Positions 8,933 through 18,688 of a stretch of DNA of 64,000 bases are shown in pieces. Made by a program: the position numbers and the translations under genes. The notes under the pieces were generated by a model, which did no database searches, was not told where the DNA came from, and worked only from the letters and a program-made list of their open reading frames with translations. The first letter of the stretch is position 1; every line of letters begins with the position of its first letter. This DNA comes from Acidobacteria bacterium 13_1_40CM_65_14 (GTDB lineage Bacteria > Acidobacteriota > Vicinamibacteria > Vicinamibacterales > CAVVIG01): the NCBI GenBank assembly GCA_001917905.1, contig MNEX01000110.1:526-64525 (forward strand). The letters are read 5' to 3'.

Positions 8933-8942
8933 AGCGCGCGGC

Positions 8943-10094
8943 ATGAGCCGTAAGGGACGGCATCTATTTACGTCTGAATCGGTCACGGAAGGTCACCCCG
9001 ACAAAATCGCCGATCAGATTTCCGATTCCATTCTCGACGCGATCCTGGCGAAGGACCCCGTGAGCCGCGTCGCCTGCGAAACGCTCGTCACGACCGGCCT
9101 GGCCGTCGTCGCCGGCGAAATCACGACGAGCGCGTACGTCGACTTCCAGGACATCGTGCGCGCGACGATCAACGAGATCGGCTACAACCGGGGCAAGTAC
9201 GGATTCGACGGCGAAACGTGCGCGGTGCTGTCGTCCATTCACAGCCAGTCACCTGACATCGCGTTGGGCGTCGACACGGGGGGCGCCGGCGATCAGGGTC
9301 TGATGTTCGGCTTCGCGTGCATCGAGACCGAAGAGCTGATGCCGTTGCCGATCATGCTCGCGCACAAGCTCGCGAAGGGGCTCTCGTGCGCGCGGCGTGA
9401 CGGCGTCCTCGAGTACCTCCGCCCCGACGGCAAATCCCAAGTCACCATCGAATACGACGGCACCAAGCCGATCCGCGTCGACGCCGTCGTCGTCTCCAGC
9501 CAGCACAGCCCGCTGGTCACGCAGGAGACGATGAAGGAAGACATCGTCGAGAAGATCGTCAACCGCGTGATCCCCGAAGAGCTGCGCGACGAGAACACGA
9601 AGATCTTCGTGAATCCGACCGGACGCTTTGTCGTCGGCGGTCCGCATGGCGATGCCGGCGTCACCGGACGGAAGATCATCGTGGACACCTACGGTGGCGC
9701 CGCCCCGCACGGCGGCGGGGCGTTCTCCGGCAAGGATCCCACGAAGGTCGATCGCTCGGCGTGCTACATGGCGCGCTACATCGCGAAGAACGTTGTCGCG
9801 GCCGGCATCGCCGAGCGCGCCCTCGTCCAGCTCGCGTATGCCATCGGCGTTGCCGATCCGGTATCGGTTGCGGTCCACACGGAGGGGACTGGGCGCATTC
9901 CGGAAGAGAAAATCACCCAGATCGTCCGCGATCACTTCAAGCTGACGCCGCGCGGCATCATGGAGGAGCTCGATCTGCGACGGCCGATCTACAAGAAGAC
10001 CGCCGCGTTCGGCCATTTCGGCCGCAACGAGCCCGAGTTCACGTGGGAACGGACCGACAAGGCGGCCGCGCTTCGCGCCGCCGCCGGAGTGTAG
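8943..10094 (+). CDS. metK: S-adenosylmethionine synthetase
   Basis: [37 protein letters not shown] and [16 protein letters not shown]. The ATG at 8943 follows AAAAAAGGAG. Confidence 0.95.
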   Translation: MSRKGRHLFTSESVTEGHPDKIADQISDSILDAILAKDPVSRVACETLVTTGLAVVAGEITTSAYVDFQDIVRATINEIGYNRGKYGFDGETCAVLSSIHSQSPDIALGVDTGGAGDQGLMFGFACIETEELMPLPIMLAHKLAKGLSCARRDGVLEYLRPDGKSQVTIEYDGTKPIRVDAVVVSSQHSPLVTQETMKEDIVEKIVNRVIPEELRDENTKIFVNPTGRFVVGGPHGDAGVTGRKIIVDTYGGAAPHGGGAFSGKDPTKVDRSACYMARYIAKNVVAAGIAERALVQLAYAIGVADPVSVAVHTEGTGRIPEEKITQIVRDHFKLTPRGIMEELDLRRPIYKKTAAFGHFGRNEPEFTWERTDKAAALRAAAGV

Positions 10095-10116
10095 TCGGTC
10101 GCTCGTCGTTGGTCAG

Positions 10117-11829
10117 GTGAAGAAGCTTCTGCTGGTGACGGCGGCCTTTGCGGCCGCCGTTGCGGTTTTTGTCGTCCTGACGATTCAGCCGCGACGACTC
10201 ATGCTCGCGGCCACGAGCGACGGCACGATTCCCGGCGTCATCCACATTCATACGAATCGATCGGACGGACTGAGCGCTCCTGACGACATCGCGGCCGCAG
10301 CCGCGCGCGCCGGCCTGAAGTTCATCGTATTCACCGATCACGGCGACGCGACCCGGCGTCCGGATCCGCCGGCCTATCGTTCGGGCGTGTTGTGTCTGGA
10401 CGGGGTGGAAATCAGCACGACGGGCGGCCATTACATTGCCCTCGATATGCCGCCCGCGCCGTACCCGCTCGGCGGCGAGCCGCGCGACGTCGTCGAGGAC
10501 GTCCATCGTCTCGGCGGATTCGGCGTGGTGGCGCATCCCGATTCGCCGAAGCTCGAGCTCCGCTGGCGCGAATGGGCGGCGCCGTTCGACGCCATCGAGA
10601 TCCTCAACCCGGACAGCAGCTGGCGCGCGTGGGCGCAGCAGTCCGGCTGGCGCCCGAAGCTGAAACTGTTCGAAGCGCTCGTCGACTATCCGTTCCGTCC
10701 GGCGGAAACCATTGCGGGCCTGCTGCACGAAGCGCTGGATCTTCCGATGCGCATGGCCGCGCTCACCCAGCGCCGGCGCCTCGTCTCGCTCGCAGGCGCG
10801 GACGCCCACGCGAAGCTCGCGCTACCGAACGCCGACCCTGGCGACAGCCGCTTCGCATTGCCGCTGCCTGGCTACGAATCAGCGTTCCGCGTCTTGTCGA
10901 CGCACGTGCGTCTCGAGCGCGCGCTGTCAGGGAACGCGGCCGACGATGGCGGTGTCGTGCTGCGTGCGATTCGCGCAGGACATCTCTACATCGCCATCGA
11001 CGGCCTGGCGACCCCTCCATCGCTGGAGCTGACGGCCTCGAACGCGTCAGGAACGGCAGCCGGCGGAGACGAGCTTGCTGCCGGCAGCCCGGTGACTCTG
11101 CGTGTCCGGACGAACGCGCCGCGTCCGTTCACCACCTCCATCTGGGACGGTGTGAAGCTCGTCAGCGGCGAACATCACGAGCAAGAGTTTTCGGTCACGC
11201 TGGCTGACACGCCGGCCGTGTACTGGGTCGGCATTCGATCGACCGGGCGCACGCCGGAGTTGACATGGGCGAGAAGTAACCCCATCTACGTGCGGGGGCT
11301 GGCACCCGTCACGCGTCCGTTCACCCGTCCGCCCGTGCGGACGAATCAGCCGATGTTCGACGGCACGTCGGCCGCCGAGTGGCGCGTGGAGCAGGACTCG
11401 ACGTCGGTCGCCGCCGTGGAGCTCGCGCCGGTGTTCGGCGGTCCCGAGCTTCGGTTTCGTTACGGCTTGTCGGGACAAATCACGCCGCCGCCGTTCGCCG
11501 CGCTCGTCTTCGACACACCGGGCGGTATTGCGCCAAACGATCGACTGGCGTTCACGATCCGCGCTGAACGTCCCATGCGAATGTCGGTGCAGCTTCGGGC
11601 GCCGCGTGAAGGTGGGGAAGCGGAACGTTGGCAGCGATCCGTCTACATCAGCCCGACGAGCGAAGAGCGCATCGTCTATTTCGACGAAGTGTCGCCGATC
11701 GGCGCGACACAGACCTTGAAGTCGGCGCTCAATCTGGTCCGCAGCATCCTGTTCGTCGTCGATCCGGTGAACACGAGACGCGAGTCGTCTGGCCGGATCT
11801 GGATCAAGCGGGCGGCGCTCCAGCGTTAA
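10117..11829 (+). CDS. PHP-domain (CehA/McbA-like) metallohydrolase with a large uncharacterised C-terminal region
   Basis: GTG start, an N-terminal signal/anchor, and GVIHIHTNRSDGLSAPDDIAAAAARAGLKFIVFTDHGD. Residues from about 250 to 570 have no motif I recognise. Confidence 0.7.
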   Translation: MKKLLLVTAAFAAAVAVFVVLTIQPRRLMLAATSDGTIPGVIHIHTNRSDGLSAPDDIAAAAARAGLKFIVFTDHGDATRRPDPPAYRSGVLCLDGVEISTTGGHYIALDMPPAPYPLGGEPRDVVEDVHRLGGFGVVAHPDSPKLELRWREWAAPFDAIEILNPDSSWRAWAQQSGWRPKLKLFEALVDYPFRPAETIAGLLHEALDLPMRMAALTQRRRLVSLAGADAHAKLALPNADPGDSRFALPLPGYESAFRVLSTHVRLERALSGNAADDGGVVLRAIRAGHLYIAIDGLATPPSLELTASNASGTAAGGDELAAGSPVTLRVRTNAPRPFTTSIWDGVKLVSGEHHEQEFSVTLADTPAVYWVGIRSTGRTPELTWARSNPIYVRGLAPVTRPFTRPPVRTNQPMFDGTSAAEWRVEQDSTSVAAVELAPVFGGPELRFRYGLSGQITPPPFAALVFDTPGGIAPNDRLAFTIRAERPMRMSVQLRAPREGGEAERWQRSVYISPTSEERIVYFDEVSPIGATQTLKSALNLVRSILFVVDPVNTRRESSGRIWIKRAALQR

Positions 11830-14195
11830 GTTCTGACAGTCAGGAGCATCACGGCGGCGGCGGCGCTGAAGAGAATGTTCGGCGCCCACGCAGCGAGCAC
11901 CGGCGACATGGCGCCACCGGATCCCAGCGCCGCGAACACGCTCAGCGCAATCCAATACACGATCGCCATCACGATGCCGATCCCGATCCCGTACAGCGCG
12001 CCGCGGCGGCCGGTCGTGACCGCAAACGGCAGCGCGAGCAACGTCATGATGACGGTGACAAACGGAAACGCCACCTTTCGCTGCAACTGCACCAGGTACG
12101 CGACGACGGAGTAGCCGCTGGCCTGCAACTCGGTGACGTAGCGTTTGAGCTCGCCGTACGTCATCCGCTCCGCATCCGGCTCTGGTGTGTTGAAGAACTT
12201 CGGCGGCTCGAGCGACACAGGCCGCTCCGCAAACGCCTGGTAGTTCACGACGGTCTCGACGCGGTTGTGCCGCCTGGCCGTCTTGAGCTCGCGCATCCAC
12301 CCTTGATGCGCGACCCACGTCAGCGACGGCTGAGCGCTGTCGCCAGGCTGTCGCACAAGGCTCACGTCCTTCGCGTACGTCAAGGAATCCAGCCGCCAGG
12401 CCGCGTGATCGACGTGGAACATCGACAGGCGGCTGAACTGGTTTACGGCAGGGTTGAAGATCTCGTAGTGATAGATGTCACCGCCCGTGCCGACGATCCA
12501 GCGGCGGTCGAGCACGCCGAAGGTTTGCACGGGCCACCCGCGAATCACCGCATTCAGCCGCTGTGCCTGGCGATTGGAATTCGCCAGCACGTGTTCCTCG
12601 AGCATGAACAACACGCCGCTGAAGACAACCGCGAACACCAGAATCGGCAGCGCCGATCGGTACAGGCTGATGCCGCACGCGCGCATCACAATCAGTTCGC
12701 TGTTCTTCGTCAGCAGGCCCATCGTGACGAGCGTCGCGACGAGGGCGGCCAGCGGGATGATGTAGTACACATACTGCGGTGTCTGCCAATAGAAGTACCG
12801 CAGCAGCATGCGGGATGTCGCGGTACCCCGGAAGAGCTTGTCGGCCAGGTCAATGAAGGTCGAGATGTAGAAGAGGCCAACGAGCGAGACGAACGAGAGC
12901 ACGAACACGCGCAGGTACTCACGCGACACGTACAGATCGAGCAGCGTCGGCCTCGGTAGATCCATGTGCGGCACACGGATGACGAGAACCACTCGCCGAG
13001 TGCCGGCGCCACTCCGCGATCCGTCGACGAGAGTTGCCGGCGCATCTCGGCGCGAGCGCCAGAACGTGGGCACGCTAATCCGGATCGGTTGATCGGCGGA
13101 TCCCGCGCGCCAGATCACGAGACCGACGCCGACGATGCCGAGCACGACGTTTGCGATCCACGGCGCGAAGGCCGGCCAGAGCCGGCCGCTGATGGCACCC
13201 GCGCGCGACGTCCAGAGCAGCACGTAGTACACGAAAATCACGCCGATGCCGACCACGAACCCGGCGAGCTTGCCGTCCTTCCGGTTGCTGACGCCGAGCG
13301 CCACACCGATCAGGGCGAGGACGAGACAGGCGATCGGAATCGAAAACTTCTGCTGGATCGTGAAGTACTGGCTGCCGGTCGGCGCGCCATGCTGCGCGTT
13401 CTCGGCGGCCGTGGCGCGCAGCTCGGCAATCGTTTTCTCGTTGTCGCCCTTCATCAGCTGCGTGCGCGGAAACACCGTCTCGGCGTCCATGTTGAGCACG
13501 AGCCGATCGAACGAGCTGCCTTCGTAGTCTTCGGGCTTGTTCGCGAACGTCGTGTGCCGCGTGCCCTGTTCGAGCACGAGCTCGACCGTCTGCTTCGCAC
13601 GGTCGACGTTCAGGCGCCCCTGCCTCGCGAAATATGCCGTGGTCTCGCCGGACCGCGTCGCATCGGCGAGAAACACGTCGCGCCAGCCGCCTGATGGCGG
13701 CACGTCGCGCACGTACAGGACGCGGTTCGGAAACTGATCGAAGAAGACGCGCGGCTTGATGTCGCTTTCGGCCTTCGACGCAATGACGTTGAACGTGATG
13801 GTGCGGAAGGTCTGATTCGCATTGGGCAGCGCGACGATCATCACGTGCGCCGTGGCCGCGCACGCCGCGAGCGACAGGACGACGATCGGGCGCATCACGC
13901 GGAAAATGCTGACGCCGCAAGCCTGCAGCGCCACGAACTCGCGGTCCGCAGACAGCCGGCCCAGCCCAATGAGGATCCCGAGGAGGAGCGCCATCGGAAT
14001 CGTGATGCCCAACGCCTGCGGCACCAGCGTCAGCAGGACGCGCAGCACGATCGGCCACGCGACCCCTTTGGCGATGAGCTGCTCCGCGTTCTGCAGGATC
14101 GGCGGCATGATCAGGACGAACGTGAGCAGCAGCAGCCACAGGAAGAAGGGCAGCACGATCTCGCGGAGGAGATACCGATCGAGGATCTTGGGCAT
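11826..14195 (-). CDS. Fused LptF-LptG LPS export permease (two YjgP/YjgQ modules in one 789-aa protein)
   Basis: The N-terminal module starts MPKILDRYLLREIVLPFF. The second module starts near residue 410 with LLDLYVSREYLRVFVLSFVSLVGLFYISTFIDL. Each has the TM1-3 / periplasmic domain / TM4-6 layout. Confidence 0.8.
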   Translation of the reverse strand: MPKILDRYLLREIVLPFFLWLLLLTFVLIMPPILQNAEQLIAKGVAWPIVLRVLLTLVPQALGITIPMALLLGILIGLGRLSADREFVALQACGVSIFRVMRPIVVLSLAACAATAHVMIVALPNANQTFRTITFNVIASKAESDIKPRVFFDQFPNRVLYVRDVPPSGGWRDVFLADATRSGETTAYFARQGRLNVDRAKQTVELVLEQGTRHTTFANKPEDYEGSSFDRLVLNMDAETVFPRTQLMKGDNEKTIAELRATAAENAQHGAPTGSQYFTIQQKFSIPIACLVLALIGVALGVSNRKDGKLAGFVVGIGVIFVYYVLLWTSRAGAISGRLWPAFAPWIANVVLGIVGVGLVIWRAGSADQPIRISVPTFWRSRRDAPATLVDGSRSGAGTRRVVLVIRVPHMDLPRPTLLDLYVSREYLRVFVLSFVSLVGLFYISTFIDLADKLFRGTATSRMLLRYFYWQTPQYVYYIIPLAALVATLVTMGLLTKNSELIVMRACGISLYRSALPILVFAVVFSGVLFMLEEHVLANSNRQAQRLNAVIRGWPVQTFGVLDRRWIVGTGGDIYHYEIFNPAVNQFSRLSMFHVDHAAWRLDSLTYAKDVSLVRQPGDSAQPSLTWVAHQGWMRELKTARRHNRVETVVNYQAFAERPVSLEPPKFFNTPEPDAERMTYGELKRYVTELQASGYSVVAYLVQLQRKVAFPFVTVIMTLLALPFAVTTGRRGALYGIGIGIVMAIVYWIALSVFAALGSGGAMSPVLAAWAPNILFSAAAAVMLLTVRT

Positions 14196-14236
14196 CAGCC
14201 AGTACGCGCCGGACGGCTACGACTAGACTACACCGT

Positions 14237-16389
14237 ATGACGCGCGTCGCCATCCTGTGGCACATGCATCAGCCCTTCTACGAGGACCTCGCGACCGGCG
14301 AGCACGTCCTCCCGTGGGTCCGGCTGCATGCGCTGAAGGACTACTACGGCATGGCCGCAATTCTTCGCGAGTTCCCCGACGTCAAGATGACGTTCAACCT
14401 GGTGCCGTCGCTGCTCGTCCAGCTGGAAGCGTTCGCCGAGAATCGCGCCCGCGATCGCTACCTCGACCTGAGTCTCAAACCGGCGGCGAATCTGGACGAG
14501 CAGGATATCGACTTCATCCTCGAGAATTTCTTCCACGCGCAACGGCAGCGGATGATCGACGTGTATCCACGCTACGCGGAACTGATGGCACGGCGGATCT
14601 GCAGGTGTGGCACAAACTTGTCTGGATCGACCCGTTTTATCTCGAGGGTGACGCGCGGATCCGAGGTCTGCTGGCCAAAGGGCGCGACTTCACCGAGGAA
14701 GACAAAGCGGTGCTGCGCACCGTCGAGCTCGAAGTTCTGAACAAGGTGATTCCCGAGTACCGAGAGGCGGCCAGACGCGGGCAAATCGAGCTGTCGGCGT
14801 CACCGTTCTATCACCCGATCCTTCCACTCCTGTGCGACACGGATATCTACCGGCGAACACATCCCGACTCGCGGATGCCGCGCCGGCGCTTCGTTCATCC
14901 GGAGGATGCGGTCGAACAGCTTGAACGCGCCGCCAGTTCTCACGAGCGGCTGTTCGGGCAGCGTCCGGTCGGCCTGTGGCCGTCCGAAGGATCGGTATCG
15001 GACGCGATCGTGCCGCTCGTCGCGGCGGCCGGCTTTACATGGATGGCCACTGACGAGCTGATCCTGGCGCGCACGCTGAACGCGACGTTCTCGCGCGACG
15101 CCCGGGGACACGTCGACCATCCGGAGCGGCTCTACACGGCGTACGCCGTCCGCGCCGGCGGCGCGTCGGTGGCGTGCGCTTTCCGGGACCACGTGCTGTC
15201 GGACTTGATTGGCTTCAGCTATGCCGGCTGGGGCGCAGACGCCGCGGCGGACGATTTCGTCGGGCGGCTCGTCGAAGCCGGACGCCGGTTTCGTGAGCGG
15301 ACCGGCGGGGGAGACGCGCTCATCCCCATCATCCTGGACGGCGAAAACGCGTGGGAGCACTTTGAAGGTGGAGGCCGGCCGTTCCTGCGCGCGCTGTACC
15401 GACGGCTGTCAACACACGCGGAGCTGCGGACCGTCACCATGGCCGACGCGTGCCGGATGCCGGCGCGCGAGTTGCCGGGCATCTTTCCGGGATCGTGGAT
15501 CGACGCCAACTTCTACATCTGGATTGGTCACGCTGACGATCGGAAGGCCTGGAGCCAGCTGGCCGACGCGCGGCAGGCGCTCGAATCGGCGACCGCCGAT
15601 ACGCAGGCGCTCGGCGGGGCCCGCGAGGAAATCCTGATCGCGGAAGGCAGCGACTGGTTCTGGTGGTACGGCGACGACCACTCATCGGCCCACGATCTCG
15701 AGTTCGACGACCTCTTTCGCCGCCACGTCCGCAACGCGTACCGGCTGATGCAGAAGCCGGCGCCGGATGAGCTCTTCGTCAGCAACATCAGCAGCGCAGC
15801 GCCGCCGGAGGCGCAAACCTATCCCACAGCCTTGCTGTGTCCCACAGTCGACGGGGACGAGACGAGTTATTTCGAATGGCTCGGCGCCGGCAGCCTCGAG
15901 ATTCGTGAAACCGCCGGAGCGATGCACCGGTCCGACCGGCGCGTGCCACTGCTGACGCTCGTGCAGTTCGGGTTCGACCGCGAGCGGCTGTTCGTGCGCG
16001 TGGACGCTGTGCGGCCGATGGTGGATCTGCTGGCGGACGGCCACGAGATCTCCCTGAAATTTCTGCAGCCCGACGGCGTTCGGTTTTCGGTCTGCCAGAG
16101 GCTGGGGCGTCTCATCGGACGGTTCTGGGACCGGCAATCCTCATCAACCGCGATCGTCGGATCCGCACCGTGGACCGAACGCGGTCCGAGCCACGCCGTG
16201 GTGGCGGCGGGAACCGTCCTCGAACTGTCGCTCCCGACACGCGAGCTGCGAGTCGGCGCCGGCGATTCGCTCGCATTCTTCGTCGCCGTGTACGACGAAG
16301 GCGTGGAAACCGAGCGCCATCCGGAACATCGACCCATCGAGCTCACGGTGCCCGACGCGCTGTTCGAAGCGCGCAACTGGCGAGCCTGA
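14237..16389 (+). pseudogene. Glycoside hydrolase family 57 (alpha-glucan enzyme) interrupted by a frameshift near 14590-14600
   Basis: The N-terminal 120 aa (AILWHMHQPFY...YPRYAELMARR) are in the frame of 14237. The rest (DLQVWHKLVWIDPFY...SASPFYHPILPLL...) is in the frame of 14257. A short conserved stretch appears to be missing at the junction. This could be a sequencing or assembly error. Confidence 0.7.
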
Positions 16390-16577
16390 TTGATTGACAA
16401 CGCCTGCTCGGGCGAACGCCCGCGCGTCGCCTCCGCAAACGATGCACAGCTCATTTTTCGAGCTATTTCGTCAGAGTCTGATAATGGATGTTATGTTAAC
16501 TACTGGCTTCGACTCGCAGGCGTGGCTGACGTCTGGACGCGGATCGGTCACGCGCCAGCACGCGGTCGCGATCGCGA

Positions 16578-17399
16578 TTACTTCCCTTTGCGGAGATCCC
16601 GCAGAATGCCTTCCAGCGCCTCGATGACATCGTCACGCGTGGCGCGACTCTTCGTAAAACTCAGCTTGAGGTTGAACGCCTTACTCGGCGGCCGATACGC
16701 GAACACGTAATGCTTCGGACGTCCGGCCTTCGGCTTCGCGGCGGCCTCGCGAAGCTGCTGACGCGTGGCGCCGCCCTGACTGGCGATTTTTTCGACCAGC
16801 GCCGTCATTTTCTCGGGGGTCTCCTGCCGAACTACCTGCAGAAGCAACGACTTAGCGGAAATGTCGGCCAGCCGACACAGATTGCGAACCTCGTCCGGCA
16901 TGCCGTTCAGCGCGAGCGACTCGGTGATTGACGTCCGGGACTTCCCCAGCCGCCGCGCGAGGTCCTCGTGCGTATAGCCGCAGCGCTCGGCGAGGCCGTG
17001 CAGCGCTTCCGACTCCTCGAACGGCGTCAGATCCTTGCGCTGGAGGTTCTCAATCAACGCCAGTTCCAGCATCTCGGTTTCGTCCACGTCTCGGATGACG
17101 ACCGGGAGCTCGCGGAGTCCGACCTGGATCGCCGCCTGATAGCGCCGCTCCCCGGCCACGATCTGGAACCGAGTCCCGCGCTGCCGAACGACCAGCGGCT
17201 CGAGAATCCCCTTTTCGGTAATCGAGGCCATCAGCTCGGACAGGTCGCCCATCACGTGGCGCGGCTGGTTTGGGTTCGGATCGATTTGGTCGATCGGGAC
17301 GAGTCGGCCGATCGGCGCGCCGGCGGACGCCGCCAGCGCTTCCACGTAGTGTTCGTCGTGCCGCATCGCGATCGATTCGGGCAGCCCTCGTCTAGGCAC
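16578..17399 (-). CDS. parB: ParB/Spo0J family partition protein
   Basis: IDPNPNQPR, GILEPLVVR, QIVAGERRYQAA and LIENLQRKDLTPFEE. The GTG at 17399 overlaps the parA stop (ATG alternative at 17366). Confidence 0.8.
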   Translation of the reverse strand: MPRRGLPESIAMRHDEHYVEALAASAGAPIGRLVPIDQIDPNPNQPRHVMGDLSELMASITEKGILEPLVVRQRGTRFQIVAGERRYQAAIQVGLRELPVVIRDVDETEMLELALIENLQRKDLTPFEESEALHGLAERCGYTHEDLARRLGKSRTSITESLALNGMPDEVRNLCRLADISAKSLLLQVVRQETPEKMTALVEKIASQGGATRQQLREAAAKPKAGRPKHYVFAYRPPSKAFNLKLSFTKSRATRDDVIEALEGILRDLRKGK

Positions 17400-18147
17400 G
17401 GTCGATGACCTCCTCACACAGGCTGTAGTACTCGGTGGCGCCCGTCGAGTCGGGCGCAAAGGTGAAGATCGATTCCTTGTACGCGGGGCTTTCTTCGAGA
17501 CGTACGCTTTTGGTGATGACCGTCTTGAACACCTTCCTGCCGAACACCTTTTGAATCTGGCTGCGGATGTCGCGCGCCAGCGCCGTCCGCTTGTCGTGCA
17601 TCGTGATGACGACGCCCAGGATCCGCAGCGCCGGGTTGGGGCGTGCGCGCACCTTCTCAATCGTCTCGAGCAAATCGTCGGTCCCCTCGAGCGCAAAGTA
17701 CGAGGACTGAATGGGAATCAGCAGGTGCGTCGCCGCCACGAGCGCGTTGACCGTCAACAGCCCCAGCGTCGGCGGGCAATCGATGACGATCTGCGGATAC
17801 TCCTTCCGCAACGGCTCGAGCTTGTCCTTCAGCCTGAAGTGCGCGTCCATCTCGCCCACCAACTTGGCTTCGAGCTTGGCCAGCGCGATGCGCGACGGCG
17901 CGATGGCGAGGTTCTCGATCGGCGAGGCCACCACCACGTCCTTCAGCGCGACCTGCGGATCGGCGATCGCGTCGTAGACGCTCTTCGATACCTGCTGCAT
18001 GTCGAGAAACGACATCGTGCTGTTGGCTTGCGGATCGAGATCGATGAGGAGGGTGCGCTTACCCCGCAGCGCGAGCGCGGCGGCCAGATTGATGGCGGTC
18101 GTGGTCTTGCCCACGCCCCCCTTCTGGTTTGCGATGGCGACGATCAT
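17392..18147 (-). CDS. parA: ParA/Soj chromosome partitioning ATPase
   Basis: Deviant Walker A motif IANQKGGVGKTTTAINLAAAL, plus LLIDLDPQANST. Confidence 0.9.
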   Translation of the reverse strand: MIVAIANQKGGVGKTTTAINLAAALALRGKRTLLIDLDPQANSTMSFLDMQQVSKSVYDAIADPQVALKDVVVASPIENLAIAPSRIALAKLEAKLVGEMDAHFRLKDKLEPLRKEYPQIVIDCPPTLGLLTVNALVAATHLLIPIQSSYFALEGTDDLLETIEKVRARPNPALRILGVVITMHDKRTALARDIRSQIQKVFGRKVFKTVITKSVRLEESPAYKESIFTFAPDSTGATEYYSLCEEVIDRA

Positions 18148-18198
18148 GAAATGGACGGGTCGGGCGGAACCCGGCCATTCTAGCAGAGACCAGCCGCG

Positions 18199-18684
18199 CT
18201 ACATTTTGTATTTGCCCAGATCGTCGGGATCCAGACTCTCGAGCCATTTGTGGAGACGATCGGCATCGGTCTTTTCCGCCGACGGGTCCATCGTCTTGGC
18301 GTTATCGATCACCGTGTCCTCGACGAAGATCGGCGCGCGCGTGCGCAGGGCGAGAGCGATCGCGTCGCTCGGGCGCGCATCGACGGCGAGCGTATCGCCA
18401 TTCAGCGAGAGATAAATGAGCGCGTAAAAGGTGTTCTCCTGGAGATCGCACACGACGACCTTCTGGACCGATGCCTTGAGGTCGTGAATGACGTTTCGCA
18501 ACAGGTCGTGCGTCATCGGCCGCGGCGTCGAAATATTCTCGATCTGCAGCGCGATGGCATTGGCCTCGAAGATGCCGACCCAGATCGGCAGCACCCGCTG
18601 CCCGTCCTTGTCGCGCAGGATGACGATCGGCATGTTGGTGATGGGGTCGACCATCAGGCCTTTGATGGTCATCTCGATTTGCAT
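18199..18684 (-). CDS. Bifunctional nuclease (BFN/DUF151) family protein
   Basis: The start MQIEMTIKGLMVDPITNMPIVILRD...VLPIWVGIFEANAI lies just after the miaB stop. ARPSDAIALALR is family-typical. Confidence 0.75.
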   Translation of the reverse strand: MQIEMTIKGLMVDPITNMPIVILRDKDGQRVLPIWVGIFEANAIALQIENISTPRPMTHDLLRNVIHDLKASVQKVVVCDLQENTFYALIYLSLNGDTLAVDARPSDAIALALRTRAPIFVEDTVIDNAKTMDPSAEKTDADRLHKWLESLDPDDLGKYKM

Positions 18685-18688
18685 GGCT

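Noticed and set aside
8370-8942. N-terminal extension of the metK ORF (574-aa version)
   Set aside because: It overlaps the xerD 3' end and the intergenic repeats. MetK homology starts at [14 protein letters not shown], which has its own ribosome-binding site.
8776-8942. SAM riboswitch upstream of metK
   Set aside because: I could not find the conserved SAM-I, SAM-II or SAM-IV core motifs or their helical layout. The region is instead occupied by a GC hairpin and element B, which also occurs upstream of unrelated genes.
14222-14226. ACTAG / CCACTAG as a general promoter or start-proximal motif (also at 5211-5217, 47725-47731 and 47831-37)
   Set aside because: A 5-7 nt motif with four occurrences is not statistically meaningful on its own. 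Only the longer blocks shared by 5089-5217 and 47725-47812 are reported.
16390-16577. AT-richer patch between GH57 and parB, considered as a possible tRNA, ncRNA or parS site
   Set aside because: There is no cloverleaf or T-loop (GGTTCGAATCC-like) signature, no parS match, and only weak 5-bp stems. It is most simply a convergent terminator region.
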